A stretch of 62,395 nucleotides of DNA from Clostridia bacterium (GTDB lineage Bacteria > Bacillota > Clostridia > Oscillospirales > Acutalibacteraceae): contig JAGBXM010000060.1 of assembly GCA_017629275.1 (NCBI GenBank), forward strand, positions 1-62,395, written 5' to 3'. Both the position numbers and the translations under genes were made by a program. Below are positions 17,857 to 26,490 of the stretch, in pieces. The notes beneath the pieces were generated by a model. It searched no databases. It was not told the DNA's origin and saw nothing but the letters and a program-made list of their open reading frames with translations. The first letter of the stretch is position 1; the number at the start of each line of letters is the position of its first letter.

Positions 17857-19944
17857 ATGAAAACAAACCGACTCTTAAGTATAATTCTTTCAGTTGTTTT
17901 GGTCGCTTTGATGATGGTTCCTGCTTTCGGTACCGTTTCGGCGGCTGACGCTCCTGTTGACACTGTTGTCTATCTTGCTTCTTACGGTAGCGACGAAAAC
18001 GACGGTAGTGAAGCGGCTCCTTTTGCAACCCTGCAGAAGGCATGGACTAACGGCAACACCGGCAATAATCATACTATCATTGTTGTCGATAACGTTGCTT
18101 TGAATTCTACTTCATTTATCTGGGGTAGCGAAAACAAGGCGGCTCATACTACCCTCAAGGGTGCAACGGCGGATGTTGTTCTTGACCTTTCTATAAAGGT
18201 AAGAATGGGTATTTATAGCTCGGGCGGTCTCACTTTTGAAAATATTACGCTCAAGTTTGACCAGACCCAGACCGACGGAGTGCCTAACGCAAAGTTTTAT
18301 TGCAATGCAAAGCACGTTGTTTTTGCCGAAACGGTAAGTTTTGCCGATAATGCGCCCATTAATATTTTCGCGGGCGGTAACAACATCGCAGCAGGAACCG
18401 GCTCGACCAATCTTGAGGTTTACGGCGGTTATTACTATTACATTTACGGCGGCGGTGAAAATACCGTTGTTAACGGCGATGTCAATCTGACGGTCGGCGG
18501 TAACGTTAACGCAGGTGAAAGCATCGACGATGAAAGCTCCAATGTTGCTCAGGCCAGAATTTACGGCGGCGGCTTCACGACCGGTGTCACTGGTGACGTT
18601 AATATTAACTACGGCGGCAACGCTATTGCCCGTGTATTGACCGGTACAGGTCGTACAGGCGGCGAGGTCGGCGGCAAGATCAACATTAACGTGACAGGCG
18701 GTAAGGTCACCACCATCAGTGCTACCAAGAACGTTAACGATACCGATGCAGACGTTCATATCACCATGACCGGCGGTCTCTGCGAAGCTATTTTCGGCGG
18801 CGGTGAAAGCTGTAGCCTTACCGGTAATACCGTCGTTTATGTCGGCGGTACTGCAGACGTTTCGCGCCGTATCCACGGCGGATGCTATAACGAAAGTCCG
18901 TCTTCGGGAACCAACCGTGTTATCGGTTCGGCTACCGTTATTATCGACGCAGGTTGCAGTCTCGCTTCGGGTACTGACCTTTCCTTCATGAACCGTTTCT
19001 ATATGGCCATCAATGCAGGCTCGCGTCTTACTACCGATGCCGCTGATGAGATCAGTACACTTGTTTTCCTCAATGATACTTATTCCACCTATTCGGGTGA
19101 TATCAGCTCAAACTACGGACAGGACCACATTGTCAAGGTTGCAGCAGGCGGTACTGTTGACAGTGCTATGAACGGCACCGCGGCACTGACCGTTTTGCCC
19201 AACGAAGGCAACCTCGGTATTGTCGGCACCAAAACTTATGCAAGCGGCCAGATTTGTGATATCACTGCCGCTACCACCGATGTAACCTTTGCGGCTCCCG
19301 ATGCTGTCGTTACATATAATTATAATAATGATACCGATATGACCGCTACTCAGAAGATGCTTAACGGTTACATTGGTAAGATTATCGAAACTCCCGACGA
19401 TATTGCAAAACAGTATTATAACTTTGTCGGTTGGTCGACCGAGGCCGACGGCGGCGTTGAGTACGTTGCAGGTGACGATATTGCGGTTACAGGCGACATT
19501 ACCCTTTATGCAGTTTGGGTCGGTGTTGATATGAACTACACCGTTATGCACATCGCGAAGTCGCACGTTGGCGATGGCACCATCGTTTTCGGTTCTGATG
19601 TTCAGGTCGGAAAGTACGGCGCTATCAACACTCCCGTAGCTAAAGCTTATCTCGGATATACCTATCAGGCAGGCGACGTAAGTATTGAACCCAACCAGTT
19701 TACTCTCGGTACCGTTTATTACACCCCTGTTGAGGGCAATGTATTTGACGTTAACCTTGACGGTGCGGTCAATATGCTTGATACCGTTCTTTTGAAGAGA
19801 TATTTTGCTGAGTGGGACGGTTATGATCTCACTAAGATATGCTATCACACTTCGGACGTTAACCTTGACGGTAAGGTCGATCTTACCGATGCTGTTCAGG
19901 TTCAGAGATACCTCGCAGGTTGGGAAGACGTAACAGCCGAATAA
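17857..19944 (+). CDS. Secreted right-handed beta-helix repeat protein with a Listeria/Bacteroides-type repeat and a C-terminal type-I dockerin
   Basis: Signal peptide MKTNRLLSIILSVVLVALMMVPAFGTVSAAD, with RBS GGAGG before ATG 17857. Repeated (Y)GGG..TG(D/N)VN(L/I).(V/Y)GG turns. A YNFVGWSTEADGG repeat. Duplicated dockerin segment DVNLDGAVNMLDTVLLKRY / DVNLDGKVDLTDAVQVQRY (19741-19941). Confidence 0.75.
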   Translation: MKTNRLLSIILSVVLVALMMVPAFGTVSAADAPVDTVVYLASYGSDENDGSEAAPFATLQKAWTNGNTGNNHTIIVVDNVALNSTSFIWGSENKAAHTTLKGATADVVLDLSIKVRMGIYSSGGLTFENITLKFDQTQTDGVPNAKFYCNAKHVVFAETVSFADNAPINIFAGGNNIAAGTGSTNLEVYGGYYYYIYGGGENTVVNGDVNLTVGGNVNAGESIDDESSNVAQARIYGGGFTTGVTGDVNINYGGNAIARVLTGTGRTGGEVGGKININVTGGKVTTISATKNVNDTDADVHITMTGGLCEAIFGGGESCSLTGNTVVYVGGTADVSRRIHGGCYNESPSSGTNRVIGSATVIIDAGCSLASGTDLSFMNRFYMAINAGSRLTTDAADEISTLVFLNDTYSTYSGDISSNYGQDHIVKVAAGGTVDSAMNGTAALTVLPNEGNLGIVGTKTYASGQICDITAATTDVTFAAPDAVVTYNYNNDTDMTATQKMLNGYIGKIIETPDDIAKQYYNFVGWSTEADGGVEYVAGDDIAVTGDITLYAVWVGVDMNYTVMHIAKSHVGDGTIVFGSDVQVGKYGAINTPVAKAYLGYTYQAGDVSIEPNQFTLGTVYYTPVEGNVFDVNLDGAVNMLDTVLLKRYFAEWDGYDLTKICYHTSDVNLDGKVDLTDAVQVQRYLAGWEDVTAE

Positions 19945-19974
19945 TTTCGGATCAGGATAAATTATAAATATTAC

Positions 19975-20002
19975 TTGATTTTTTACACATTTGTGTTAAA
20001 AT
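19975..20002 (+). promoter_or_regulatory. Candidate sigma-A promoter of the ferredoxin gene
   Basis: TTGATT, 16-nt spacer, then TGtTAAAAT (extended -10). Confidence 0.5.
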
Positions 20003-20070
20003 GAGTGTAGTCAATCTTTTGCTTCGGCAAAAGAGGGATATAAAGCCACTGTAAATGGAGGTGCGAACCA

Positions 20071-20238
20071 ATGGCATATAAGATTTCTGATGAGTGCATC
20101 AGCTGTGGTGCATGTGCAGCTCAGTGTCCTGTTGAGGCTATCGTTGAAGGTGACGACAAGTTCGTTATCGATGCAGATAAGTGCATCAGCTGCGGCGCTT
20201 GTGCAGATGGCTGCCCCGTTGAGGCAATTGCCGAATAA
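20071..20238 (+). CDS. fdx: Clostridial-type 2x[4Fe-4S] ferredoxin (55 aa), absent from the supplied ORF track
   Basis: My translation: MAYKISDECISCGACAAQCPVEAIVEGDDKFVIDADKCISCGACADGCPVEAIAE. Two CxxCxxCxxxCP motifs. RBS GGAGG lies 9 nt upstream and a terminator follows. Confidence 0.9.
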   Translation: MAYKISDECISCGACAAQCPVEAIVEGDDKFVIDADKCISCGACADGCPVEAIAE

Positions 20239-20255
20239 TCAAGCACACATTACAT

Positions 20256-20291
20256 ACCCGAGAGGTTTTTCCTCTCGGGTATAATTTTTTT
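20256..20291 (+). terminator. Ferredoxin gene terminator
   Basis: ACCCGAGAGG-ttttt-CCTCTCGGGT followed by ataaTTTTTTT. Confidence 0.8.
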
Positions 20292-20510
20292 ATATAGGTT
20301 AAAAATTACTTATAGGTTAAAATTTATTTGAAGGAAGTGTTTTTGGACATATTTTTAAAATAGTCCTTATTTATTGCCAAACTTTTAAGTTTTTTCATTA
20401 AAAAATGTTGTGTTTTTAAGTGGAATATGTTACCATATAAAAAGATTGTTAAAATGTTGAACAAGATTTGTGAAACAGTTTAAATACATTTCATTTCGAG
20501 GAGGAATAAT

Positions 20511-21923
20511 ATGGCAAGAAGTGAAGCTATACTTCACCCTGTGAAGAATATTCACGGGGGAGCGACCTTGGCGCACTATAAGAACACCGCTGAATCGGTG
20601 TCGGCTGTTATGCCGGCTCCCGCTCAGGTCGTTATAGCCATGCAACAGCATATCGGCGCACCGTGTACGCCGTTGGTCAAAAAAGGTGACACCGTTTACG
20701 TCGGCACCAAAATAGGTGACAGCGATAAATACATCAGTGCACCCATTCATTCGAGTGTTTCGGGTACCGTTACGGGTCTGGGTTCGCTTTTGTTACCTTC
20801 GGGACAGACGGTCGAGACCGTTATTATCGAGTCGGACGGTCAGATGACACCCGACCCCGATATCAAGCCTCCCGTTGTTGAAACGGCTGAAGATCTTGTC
20901 AAGGCGACAAGGGACTCAGGATTGGTGGGATTAGGCGGTGCAGGCTTCCCGTCGCACGTAAAGCTTACCATGAATCCCGAAAAGCCTATTGACACGCTTA
21001 TTGTTAACGGTGCCGAGTGTGAGCCGTTTATCACTTCGGATTATCGCGAAAGCGTAGAAAATACCGAAAATATTCTTGAAGGTATTTTGTTTTTAAAGAA
21101 GCTTCTCGGAATAAAGAATGCAATTATTGCCGTTGAGAATAACAAGCCGAAGTCGATCAGTATGATGCATTCGGTTATCGAGAACGTTCTGGGTGACAAA
21201 ATGTCGCTCGACGTTACCGATGACGAAAAGACTCAGGCACTTTATAAGATCGCTTCCGACGAGCGCGACGTTGATAACACCATTCAGCTTATGCGTTTGA
21301 AATCACGCTATCCGCAGGGCGCAGAAAAGGTTATCATTTACACCACTACGGGCCGTAAATTGCCGCTCGGCAAACTGCCTTCGGATGTCGGTTGCCTCGT
21401 TATGAACATTACGAGTATTTCGGTTCTTAACAAATATATCAAAACGGGTATGCCTTTGGTTGCCAGAACCGTTACGGTTGACGGCGGTGCCATCCGTGAG
21501 CCTAAAAACGTTGTTGTTCCCATCGGAACGTCGATTGCCGACGTTATTGAGTTCTGCGGCGGTTATAAGGCACCTGCGAGAAAAATTCTTTACGGCGGTC
21601 CGATGATGGGCAATGCCGTTATTGACGTTAATATGCCGATTTTGAAGCAGAATAACGCCATTCTTGCGCTCGACCGTAAGCAGGCCGAGAAGAGGGTGGA
21701 GAGTCCGTGTATCCGTTGCGGACGCTGTGCCAAGGCCTGCCCGATGAATCTGCAACCGCTTGAGATCGAGTCGCAGTTGCGTATCGGCAATATCGAGGCT
21801 GTAAAGGCTTTGTACGTTGAATACTGTATGGAATGCGGAAGCTGTTCTTTCGTTTGTCCTGCCAAGCGCCATTTGACCCAGGTTATGCGAATGGCCAAGG
21901 CAGAGGTCAAAAATCTGAAGTAA
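20511..21923 (+). CDS. rnfC: Rnf electron-transport complex subunit C
   Basis: Two ferredoxin-type motifs, CIRCGRCAKACP and CMECGSCSFVCP, and a GLGGAGFP NADH-site-like motif. First gene of an rnfCDGEAB series. Confidence 0.9.
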   Translation: MARSEAILHPVKNIHGGATLAHYKNTAESVSAVMPAPAQVVIAMQQHIGAPCTPLVKKGDTVYVGTKIGDSDKYISAPIHSSVSGTVTGLGSLLLPSGQTVETVIIESDGQMTPDPDIKPPVVETAEDLVKATRDSGLVGLGGAGFPSHVKLTMNPEKPIDTLIVNGAECEPFITSDYRESVENTENILEGILFLKKLLGIKNAIIAVENNKPKSISMMHSVIENVLGDKMSLDVTDDEKTQALYKIASDERDVDNTIQLMRLKSRYPQGAEKVIIYTTTGRKLPLGKLPSDVGCLVMNITSISVLNKYIKTGMPLVARTVTVDGGAIREPKNVVVPIGTSIADVIEFCGGYKAPARKILYGGPMMGNAVIDVNMPILKQNNAILALDRKQAEKRVESPCIRCGRCAKACPMNLQPLEIESQLRIGNIEAVKALYVEYCMECGSCSFVCPAKRHLTQVMRMAKAEVKNLK

Positions 21924-21936
21924 GGAGGGGTCTTTA

Positions 21937-22887
21937 ATGGAGAAATTAATGGTATCACATTCACCGCACATTCAACATGAGGACACTTCCCGAAGCATAA
22001 TGGTCGACGTCATTATCGCTCTTGCGCCGATTGCCGTTGCGGGTTGTATTCTCTTCGGTTGGAAGGCGGCAATGCTCACGGCGATATGCGTTGTATCGGC
22101 TGTTCTGACCGAGTACGTATGTTGTAAAATAATGAAACGCGCCAATTCGATAGGTGACTGCTCTGCCGCAGTAACCGGACTTATATTGGCAATGAATCTG
22201 TCACCTGCCACGAAGTGGTGGATGGCAATAATCGGCAGTGTTGTAGCGATTGCCGTCGTCAAAATGATGTTTGGCGGCCTGGGACATAACTTTGCCAACC
22301 CCGCCATCACGGCCAGAATCGTTTTGTTGGTTTCATTCCCGTCGGCTATGACGACCTGGGTAGCGCCTTTGGGTGCCGCCAAGTTGGAGACCTCGGCTAC
22401 CGACGTTACCGCCATTGCTACGCCTTTGAGCGATGCCGCACTGTCGAGCGGTGCTTATTCTTACCGTCAGCTCTTTATGGGTGTCGTTCCCGGCAGTATC
22501 GGTGAGACCTTCTCGCTGTTGATTATTCTCGGTGCATTGTATCTCTTTGCACGTCGTGTTATTTCACCCGTTACTCCGTTTGCGATGGTCGGTACTGTTG
22601 CTGTTATGTCTTTTGTTTTCGGACAGGATCCCCTTTATATGGTCTTGTCGGGCGGACTTTTGTTCGGTGCCGTATTTATGGCGACCGACTACGTAACAAG
22701 TCCCATAAATTGGAAGGGTAAGCTTATATTCGGTATCGGTTGCGGATTGCTCACTTCGCTTATCCGCAAGTTCGGATATATGCCCGAAGGCGTGTCTTAC
22801 GCGATTCTTTTGATGAACCTCTTGGTTCCTTATATCAATAAGATAACGGTTCCCAAGCCGTTTGGATGGGAGGCCGCAAAGAAATGA
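21937..22887 (+). CDS. rnfD: Rnf complex subunit D
   Basis: Polytopic NqrB/RnfD-like protein with the FMN-attachment region GAVFMATDYVTSP. Confidence 0.9.
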   Translation: MEKLMVSHSPHIQHEDTSRSIMVDVIIALAPIAVAGCILFGWKAAMLTAICVVSAVLTEYVCCKIMKRANSIGDCSAAVTGLILAMNLSPATKWWMAIIGSVVAIAVVKMMFGGLGHNFANPAITARIVLLVSFPSAMTTWVAPLGAAKLETSATDVTAIATPLSDAALSSGAYSYRQLFMGVVPGSIGETFSLLIILGALYLFARRVISPVTPFAMVGTVAVMSFVFGQDPLYMVLSGGLLFGAVFMATDYVTSPINWKGKLIFGIGCGLLTSLIRKFGYMPEGVSYAILLMNLLVPYINKITVPKPFGWEAAKK

Positions 22888-23435
22888 AAAATTTTAAGAC
22901 GATAATTGTTACAACAATAATTCTGACGCTCATTTGTGCTATTGCTACGGGTGCGTTGGCTCTGACCAATGAGTTGACCGCCGACCGCATTGCCGCCGCA
23001 TCCAAAAAGGCGGAGCAGACCGCAATGAACCAAATGATAAAGGCCGAAAAGTTTGAACAGGGCACCGTCAAGCTTGATGACAGTGACTACGTTTATTACG
23101 TTGCCAAATCGGGCGACGAGACTTTAGGACACGTTTTTACCGTTGAGGGTAAAGGCTACGGCGGTGTTATTAAGGTGATGGTCGGTTTCGGGACCGACGG
23201 CAAGATTATTGCCGCGAAGGTGCTTGAGGCCAACGACGAGACTCCCGGACTCGGTCAGAACGTTACCAAGGAAAGCTGGGTTAAGCAGTTCAAAGGAACG
23301 GTGCCTCCGCTTCAGGTCAAACAGCAGATAAACGCTGTTACGGGTGCGACCATTTCGTCAAAAGCGGTTACCGAATGTGTGAACTTTGCACACGAGCTTT
23401 ATAAAAAAGTGATGGAGGGTGGAAAAAATGGCTGA
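22884..23435 (+). CDS. rnfG: Rnf complex subunit G
   Basis: N-terminal anchor and FMN-binding domain with VTGATISSKAV. ATG 22884 overlaps the rnfD stop (ATGA). Confidence 0.85.
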   Translation: MKNFKTIIVTTIILTLICAIATGALALTNELTADRIAAASKKAEQTAMNQMIKAEKFEQGTVKLDDSDYVYYVAKSGDETLGHVFTVEGKGYGGVIKVMVGFGTDGKIIAAKVLEANDETPGLGQNVTKESWVKQFKGTVPPLQVKQQINAVTGATISSKAVTECVNFAHELYKKVMEGGKNG

Positions 23436-24456
23436 AAATAGTAAATTATCCGTCCTCACTAAGGGCATCATTAAAGAAAATCCCGTACTTCGCCTTGTGT
23501 TGGGCACCTGTCCCACTTTGGCGGTTACCACCGCCGCGTCCAACGGTATCGGTATGGGTGTCGCCGCAACGCTTGTTCTTATCGGTTCCAACGTTGCTAT
23601 CTCACTTTTGAGAAAGGTTATTCCCGATAAGGTGCGAATCCCTGCATATATTACCATTATCGCGGCCTTCGTTACCATTATCCAGATGCTTGTCAAGGCA
23701 TTTTTGCCGAGCATTGACAAGGCTCTCGGTATTTTCCTTCCCTTGATAGTTGTTAACTGCATCATTTTGGCGAGAGCCGAAATGTTTGCTTCCAAAAATG
23801 CGGTTTTACCGTCGATTCTTGATGCAGTCGGTATGGGTATCGGCTTTACCGCCGCATTGACGCTGATGGGTATGATACGTGAGCTTATCGGTGCAGGTAC
23901 CGTGTTCGGTCTGTCCGTAACTCAAGGCGCTATCGAGCCTATGCTCGTATTCATTCTGCCTCCCGGCGGATTCTTTGTATTCGGTATGCTGGTTGCTCTT
24001 TCTAACAAATTAGCGGTCAGAATGGGCAAGAAGCCGGTCAAGAATATGGGTTGCGGCAACTGTAATGCCTGCGGCGGCTGTGACGCTTGTGCAGATTCCG
24101 ACGTGGATACTGCCGCTCCTGCCGATGAGGGAATTGTAACCAATGCCGATATTGCGAAGGAACAGGGTGAGGAGTTCAATACTCCTGACGAGACCACCGC
24201 AGTAAGCGGTGACGGAATTTCCGACGTTGAGGTGCGTACCGAGGCCGAAGTGGTTGAAAGGGCCGATACGACCGATGAGTCATTTGAGAAATCTGAAGAC
24301 GCTCCCGACACCGATGTGTTGCCTGCCGATTCTGACGGCACGGCACCTAAAGAAGAAGTGACCGAAAAAGAACCTGAGGCTCAGAATATTACTCATACCG
24401 AGCAAGAAAATGAGCCTGAGGTCAATGAAGATAAAAAGGACGGAGGTGAGCAGTAA
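23428..24456 (+). CDS. rnfE: Rnf complex subunit E with a ~140-aa Cys-cluster/acidic C-terminal extension
   Basis: Residues 1-~200 are a typical NqrD/RnfE core (NPVLRLVLGTCPTLAVTT...). They are followed by CGNCNACGGCDAC and a D/E/T-rich tail. ATG 23428 follows RBS GGAGGG. Confidence 0.85.
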   Translation: MAENSKLSVLTKGIIKENPVLRLVLGTCPTLAVTTAASNGIGMGVAATLVLIGSNVAISLLRKVIPDKVRIPAYITIIAAFVTIIQMLVKAFLPSIDKALGIFLPLIVVNCIILARAEMFASKNAVLPSILDAVGMGIGFTAALTLMGMIRELIGAGTVFGLSVTQGAIEPMLVFILPPGGFFVFGMLVALSNKLAVRMGKKPVKNMGCGNCNACGGCDACADSDVDTAAPADEGIVTNADIAKEQGEEFNTPDETTAVSGDGISDVEVRTEAEVVERADTTDESFEKSEDAPDTDVLPADSDGTAPKEEVTEKEPEAQNITHTEQENEPEVNEDKKDGGEQ

Positions 24457-25043
24457 TGGCACAGATCATCACTATTGTCTTGGCAGGTATTCTGACCGAG
24501 AATATGGTTTTGTCGAAGTTTTTGGGTATCTGTCCTTTTTTGGGCGTTTCCAAAAAGACCAACACCGCTGTCAGTATGGGTATCGCAGTAACACTCGTTA
24601 TGCTGCTCGCAACGGCCGTAACCTTCCCGATTCAGGTTTATCTGCTCGATCCCTACGGCTTGAGTTATCTGCAGACCATCGTGTTTATTCTTATAATCGC
24701 CGCGTTGGTTCAGTTGCTTGAGATCGTGCTTAAAAAGTATATTCCGCCGCTTTATACCGCTTTGGGTGTGTATCTGCCGCTTATTACCACCAACTGTGCA
24801 GTTTTGGGTATTACGCTGCTCAACTTCACCAACAGCCGTATAGAAGGAAACTATGCATATGCTTTGTTTAATGCGTTGGGTGCAGGTTTGGGCTTTATGT
24901 TGGCAATGTTTATCTTCTCGGGTGTCAGAACCCGACTTGAGACCAGCAACATCCCCGAGTCTCTCAAAGGTCTGCCCATAACGCTCGTCGCGGCGGCTAT
25001 CGTATCACTCTCGTTCCTCGGCTTTGCCGGACTTGTAAAGTAA
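24456..25043 (+). CDS. rnfA: Rnf complex subunit A
   Basis: 195-aa NqrE/RnfA-like polytopic protein (ENMVLSKFLGICPFLGVS). Its ATG overlaps the rnfE TAA. Confidence 0.9.
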   Translation: MAQIITIVLAGILTENMVLSKFLGICPFLGVSKKTNTAVSMGIAVTLVMLLATAVTFPIQVYLLDPYGLSYLQTIVFILIIAALVQLLEIVLKKYIPPLYTALGVYLPLITTNCAVLGITLLNFTNSRIEGNYAYALFNALGAGLGFMLAMFIFSGVRTRLETSNIPESLKGLPITLVAAAIVSLSFLGFAGLVK

Positions 25044-25055
25044 GGGGGAACAGTG

Positions 25056-25844
25056 ATGAATGTAATTTTACTTGCAATTATTGTTGTTGCAGGCATCGGT
25101 CTTATTGCAGGTTTGGGTCTGTCGTTGGCTTCGGTGCTGATGGCGGTCAAGACCGACGAAAAGGTTGAGGCTTTGCGTGCCGAATTGCCGGGTGCTAACT
25201 GCGGCGCCTGTGGTTTTTCGGGTTGTGACGGCTATGCCGAAGCGTTGGCCAAGGGTGAAGCAAAGCCCGGTGCTTGTGCTCCCGGCGGTGCCGAGATGAA
25301 CGAAAAACTCGGTGAGATATTGGGCGTTTCGGTTGAAATGGCCGAACCCATGGTTGCTACCGTTAAGTGTAACGGTACCTGCGACCACGTAGGTAACAAA
25401 ATGTTCTATACGGGAGTTTCGACCTGTAAGGCCGCCAATATGATGTATGGCGGAACCTTGAGCTGCAGCTTCGGCTGCTTGGGCTTCGGTGACTGTGAAA
25501 AGGCTTGTCAGTACGGCGCTATTAAGGTCGTCAACGGTAAGGCAACGGTCGATAAGGATAAGTGTACCGCCTGTACCGCTTGTGCTAAGGTATGCCCCAA
25601 ATCCATTATCGAAATGATGCCTGAGAAAAAGAAGTATGCCAAGGTGGTCTGTTCCAATAAGGACAAGGGCGCTGTTGCACGTAAGGTTTGTGAGGTCGCC
25701 TGTATCGGTTGCGGTAAGTGCGCCAAGGTATGTCCCTCTGAGGCCGTTGTGGTTGAAAATAACCTCGCACGTATCGACCCTGCCAAATGTACCGCCTGCG
25801 GCGCTTGTGTTGATGCTTGTCCCGCAAAGTGCATAACTTTTTAA
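25056..25844 (+). CDS. rnfB: Rnf complex subunit B (polyferredoxin)
   Basis: N-terminal TM helix, CGACGFSGC motif and several CxxCxxCxxxCP clusters. ATG 25056 is preferred over GTG 25053 on RBS spacing. Confidence 0.9.
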   Translation: MNVILLAIIVVAGIGLIAGLGLSLASVLMAVKTDEKVEALRAELPGANCGACGFSGCDGYAEALAKGEAKPGACAPGGAEMNEKLGEILGVSVEMAEPMVATVKCNGTCDHVGNKMFYTGVSTCKAANMMYGGTLSCSFGCLGFGDCEKACQYGAIKVVNGKATVDKDKCTACTACAKVCPKSIIEMMPEKKKYAKVVCSNKDKGAVARKVCEVACIGCGKCAKVCPSEAVVVENNLARIDPAKCTACGACVDACPAKCITF

Positions 25845-25861
25845 AAAGTTTCAAAAAACAC

Positions 25862-25890
25862 TTTACAAACCGAAAAGTTTGTGGTATAAT
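25862..25890 (+). promoter_or_regulatory. rpsO sigma-A promoter
   Basis: TTTACA, 17-nt spacer, then TGgTATAAT (extended -10). Confidence 0.65.
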
Positions 25891-26015
25891 CTTCGAGCGT
25901 CGGTATGAGCCGATGCGAGATTACCGTTTTCTGAGTTTACGGAGTAAGCCCAAAAGGGACGTTCACCACCGTTTGCTCGGTTCACGGCGAAATATTATGA
26001 AAGGGTGAAAGACAC
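25891..26015 (+). promoter_or_regulatory. Structured rpsO 5' leader (candidate S15 autoregulatory element)
   Basis: ~125-nt leader with local hairpins (CGTCGGtatgagCCGATG; CCGTtttctgagtttACGG) and long-range CGAGC (25894-98) / GCTCG (25975-79) pairing. S15 autoregulation through leader structures is established in other bacteria; here it is inferred. Confidence 0.35.
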
Positions 26016-26282
26016 ATGCTTACTAAGGAAGTAAAGAGCCAGATCATGGCTGAGTACGCAACTCATGAAGGCGACACCGGTTCTCCGGAGGTTCAGATCG
26101 CAGTTCTGACCCATCGCATCAACGAGCTCACCGCGCATCTCAAGGCCAACACTCACGACCATCATTCGCGTCGCGGCCTTTTGAAGATGGTTGGTCACAG
26201 ACGTAACCTTCTCACATACCTTCAGAAGAAGGATATCGAGAGATACCGTTCTATCGTAGCCCGTCTCGGCTTGCGTAAGTAA
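26016..26282 (+). CDS. rpsO: 30S ribosomal protein S15
   Basis: 88 aa: [43 protein letters not shown]... Confidence 0.97.
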   Translation: MLTKEVKSQIMAEYATHEGDTGSPEVQIAVLTHRINELTAHLKANTHDHHSRRGLLKMVGHRRNLLTYLQKKDIERYRSIVARLGLRK

Positions 26283-26293
26283 TTTCAAAAATG

Positions 26294-26330
26294 AGCCGAC
26301 CGATGTTATTTCGGTCGGCTTGATTTACTT
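26294..26330 (+). terminator. rpsO terminator/attenuator ahead of pnp
   Basis: AGCCGACCGA-tgttatt-TCGGTCGGCT followed by tgaTTTacTTTTT. Confidence 0.7.
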
Positions 26331-26367
26331 TTTAAAAAGTAATTTTTTAAAACGATTTCATTGGTAT

Positions 26368-26458
26368 TTACGGGGTGTGTGCTGTTTTTAGCAGTTGATC
26401 GAGTGGCTGAATTTTTTTCGGACGTTGGATCTATTGCTAAATTACGCACCCCCGTGAA
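26368..26458 (+). promoter_or_regulatory. Long-range stem in the pnp 5' leader (candidate RNase III/PNPase autoregulatory stem)
   Basis: TTACGGGGTGTG (26368-79) pairs with CGCACCCCCGTGAA (26445-58) with one bulge, enclosing ~65 nt. The functional reading is by analogy to the E. coli pnp leader. Confidence 0.3.
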
Positions 26459-26490
26459 GATATAAAAAAATTTTATGGAAGGTGTAAAAA

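Noticed and set aside
20090-20284. 64-aa track ORF in the ferredoxin region
   Set aside because: It is out of frame with the 55-aa ferredoxin (20071-20238), which has an RBS and two perfect 4Fe-4S motifs. The 64-aa product runs through the terminator hairpin.
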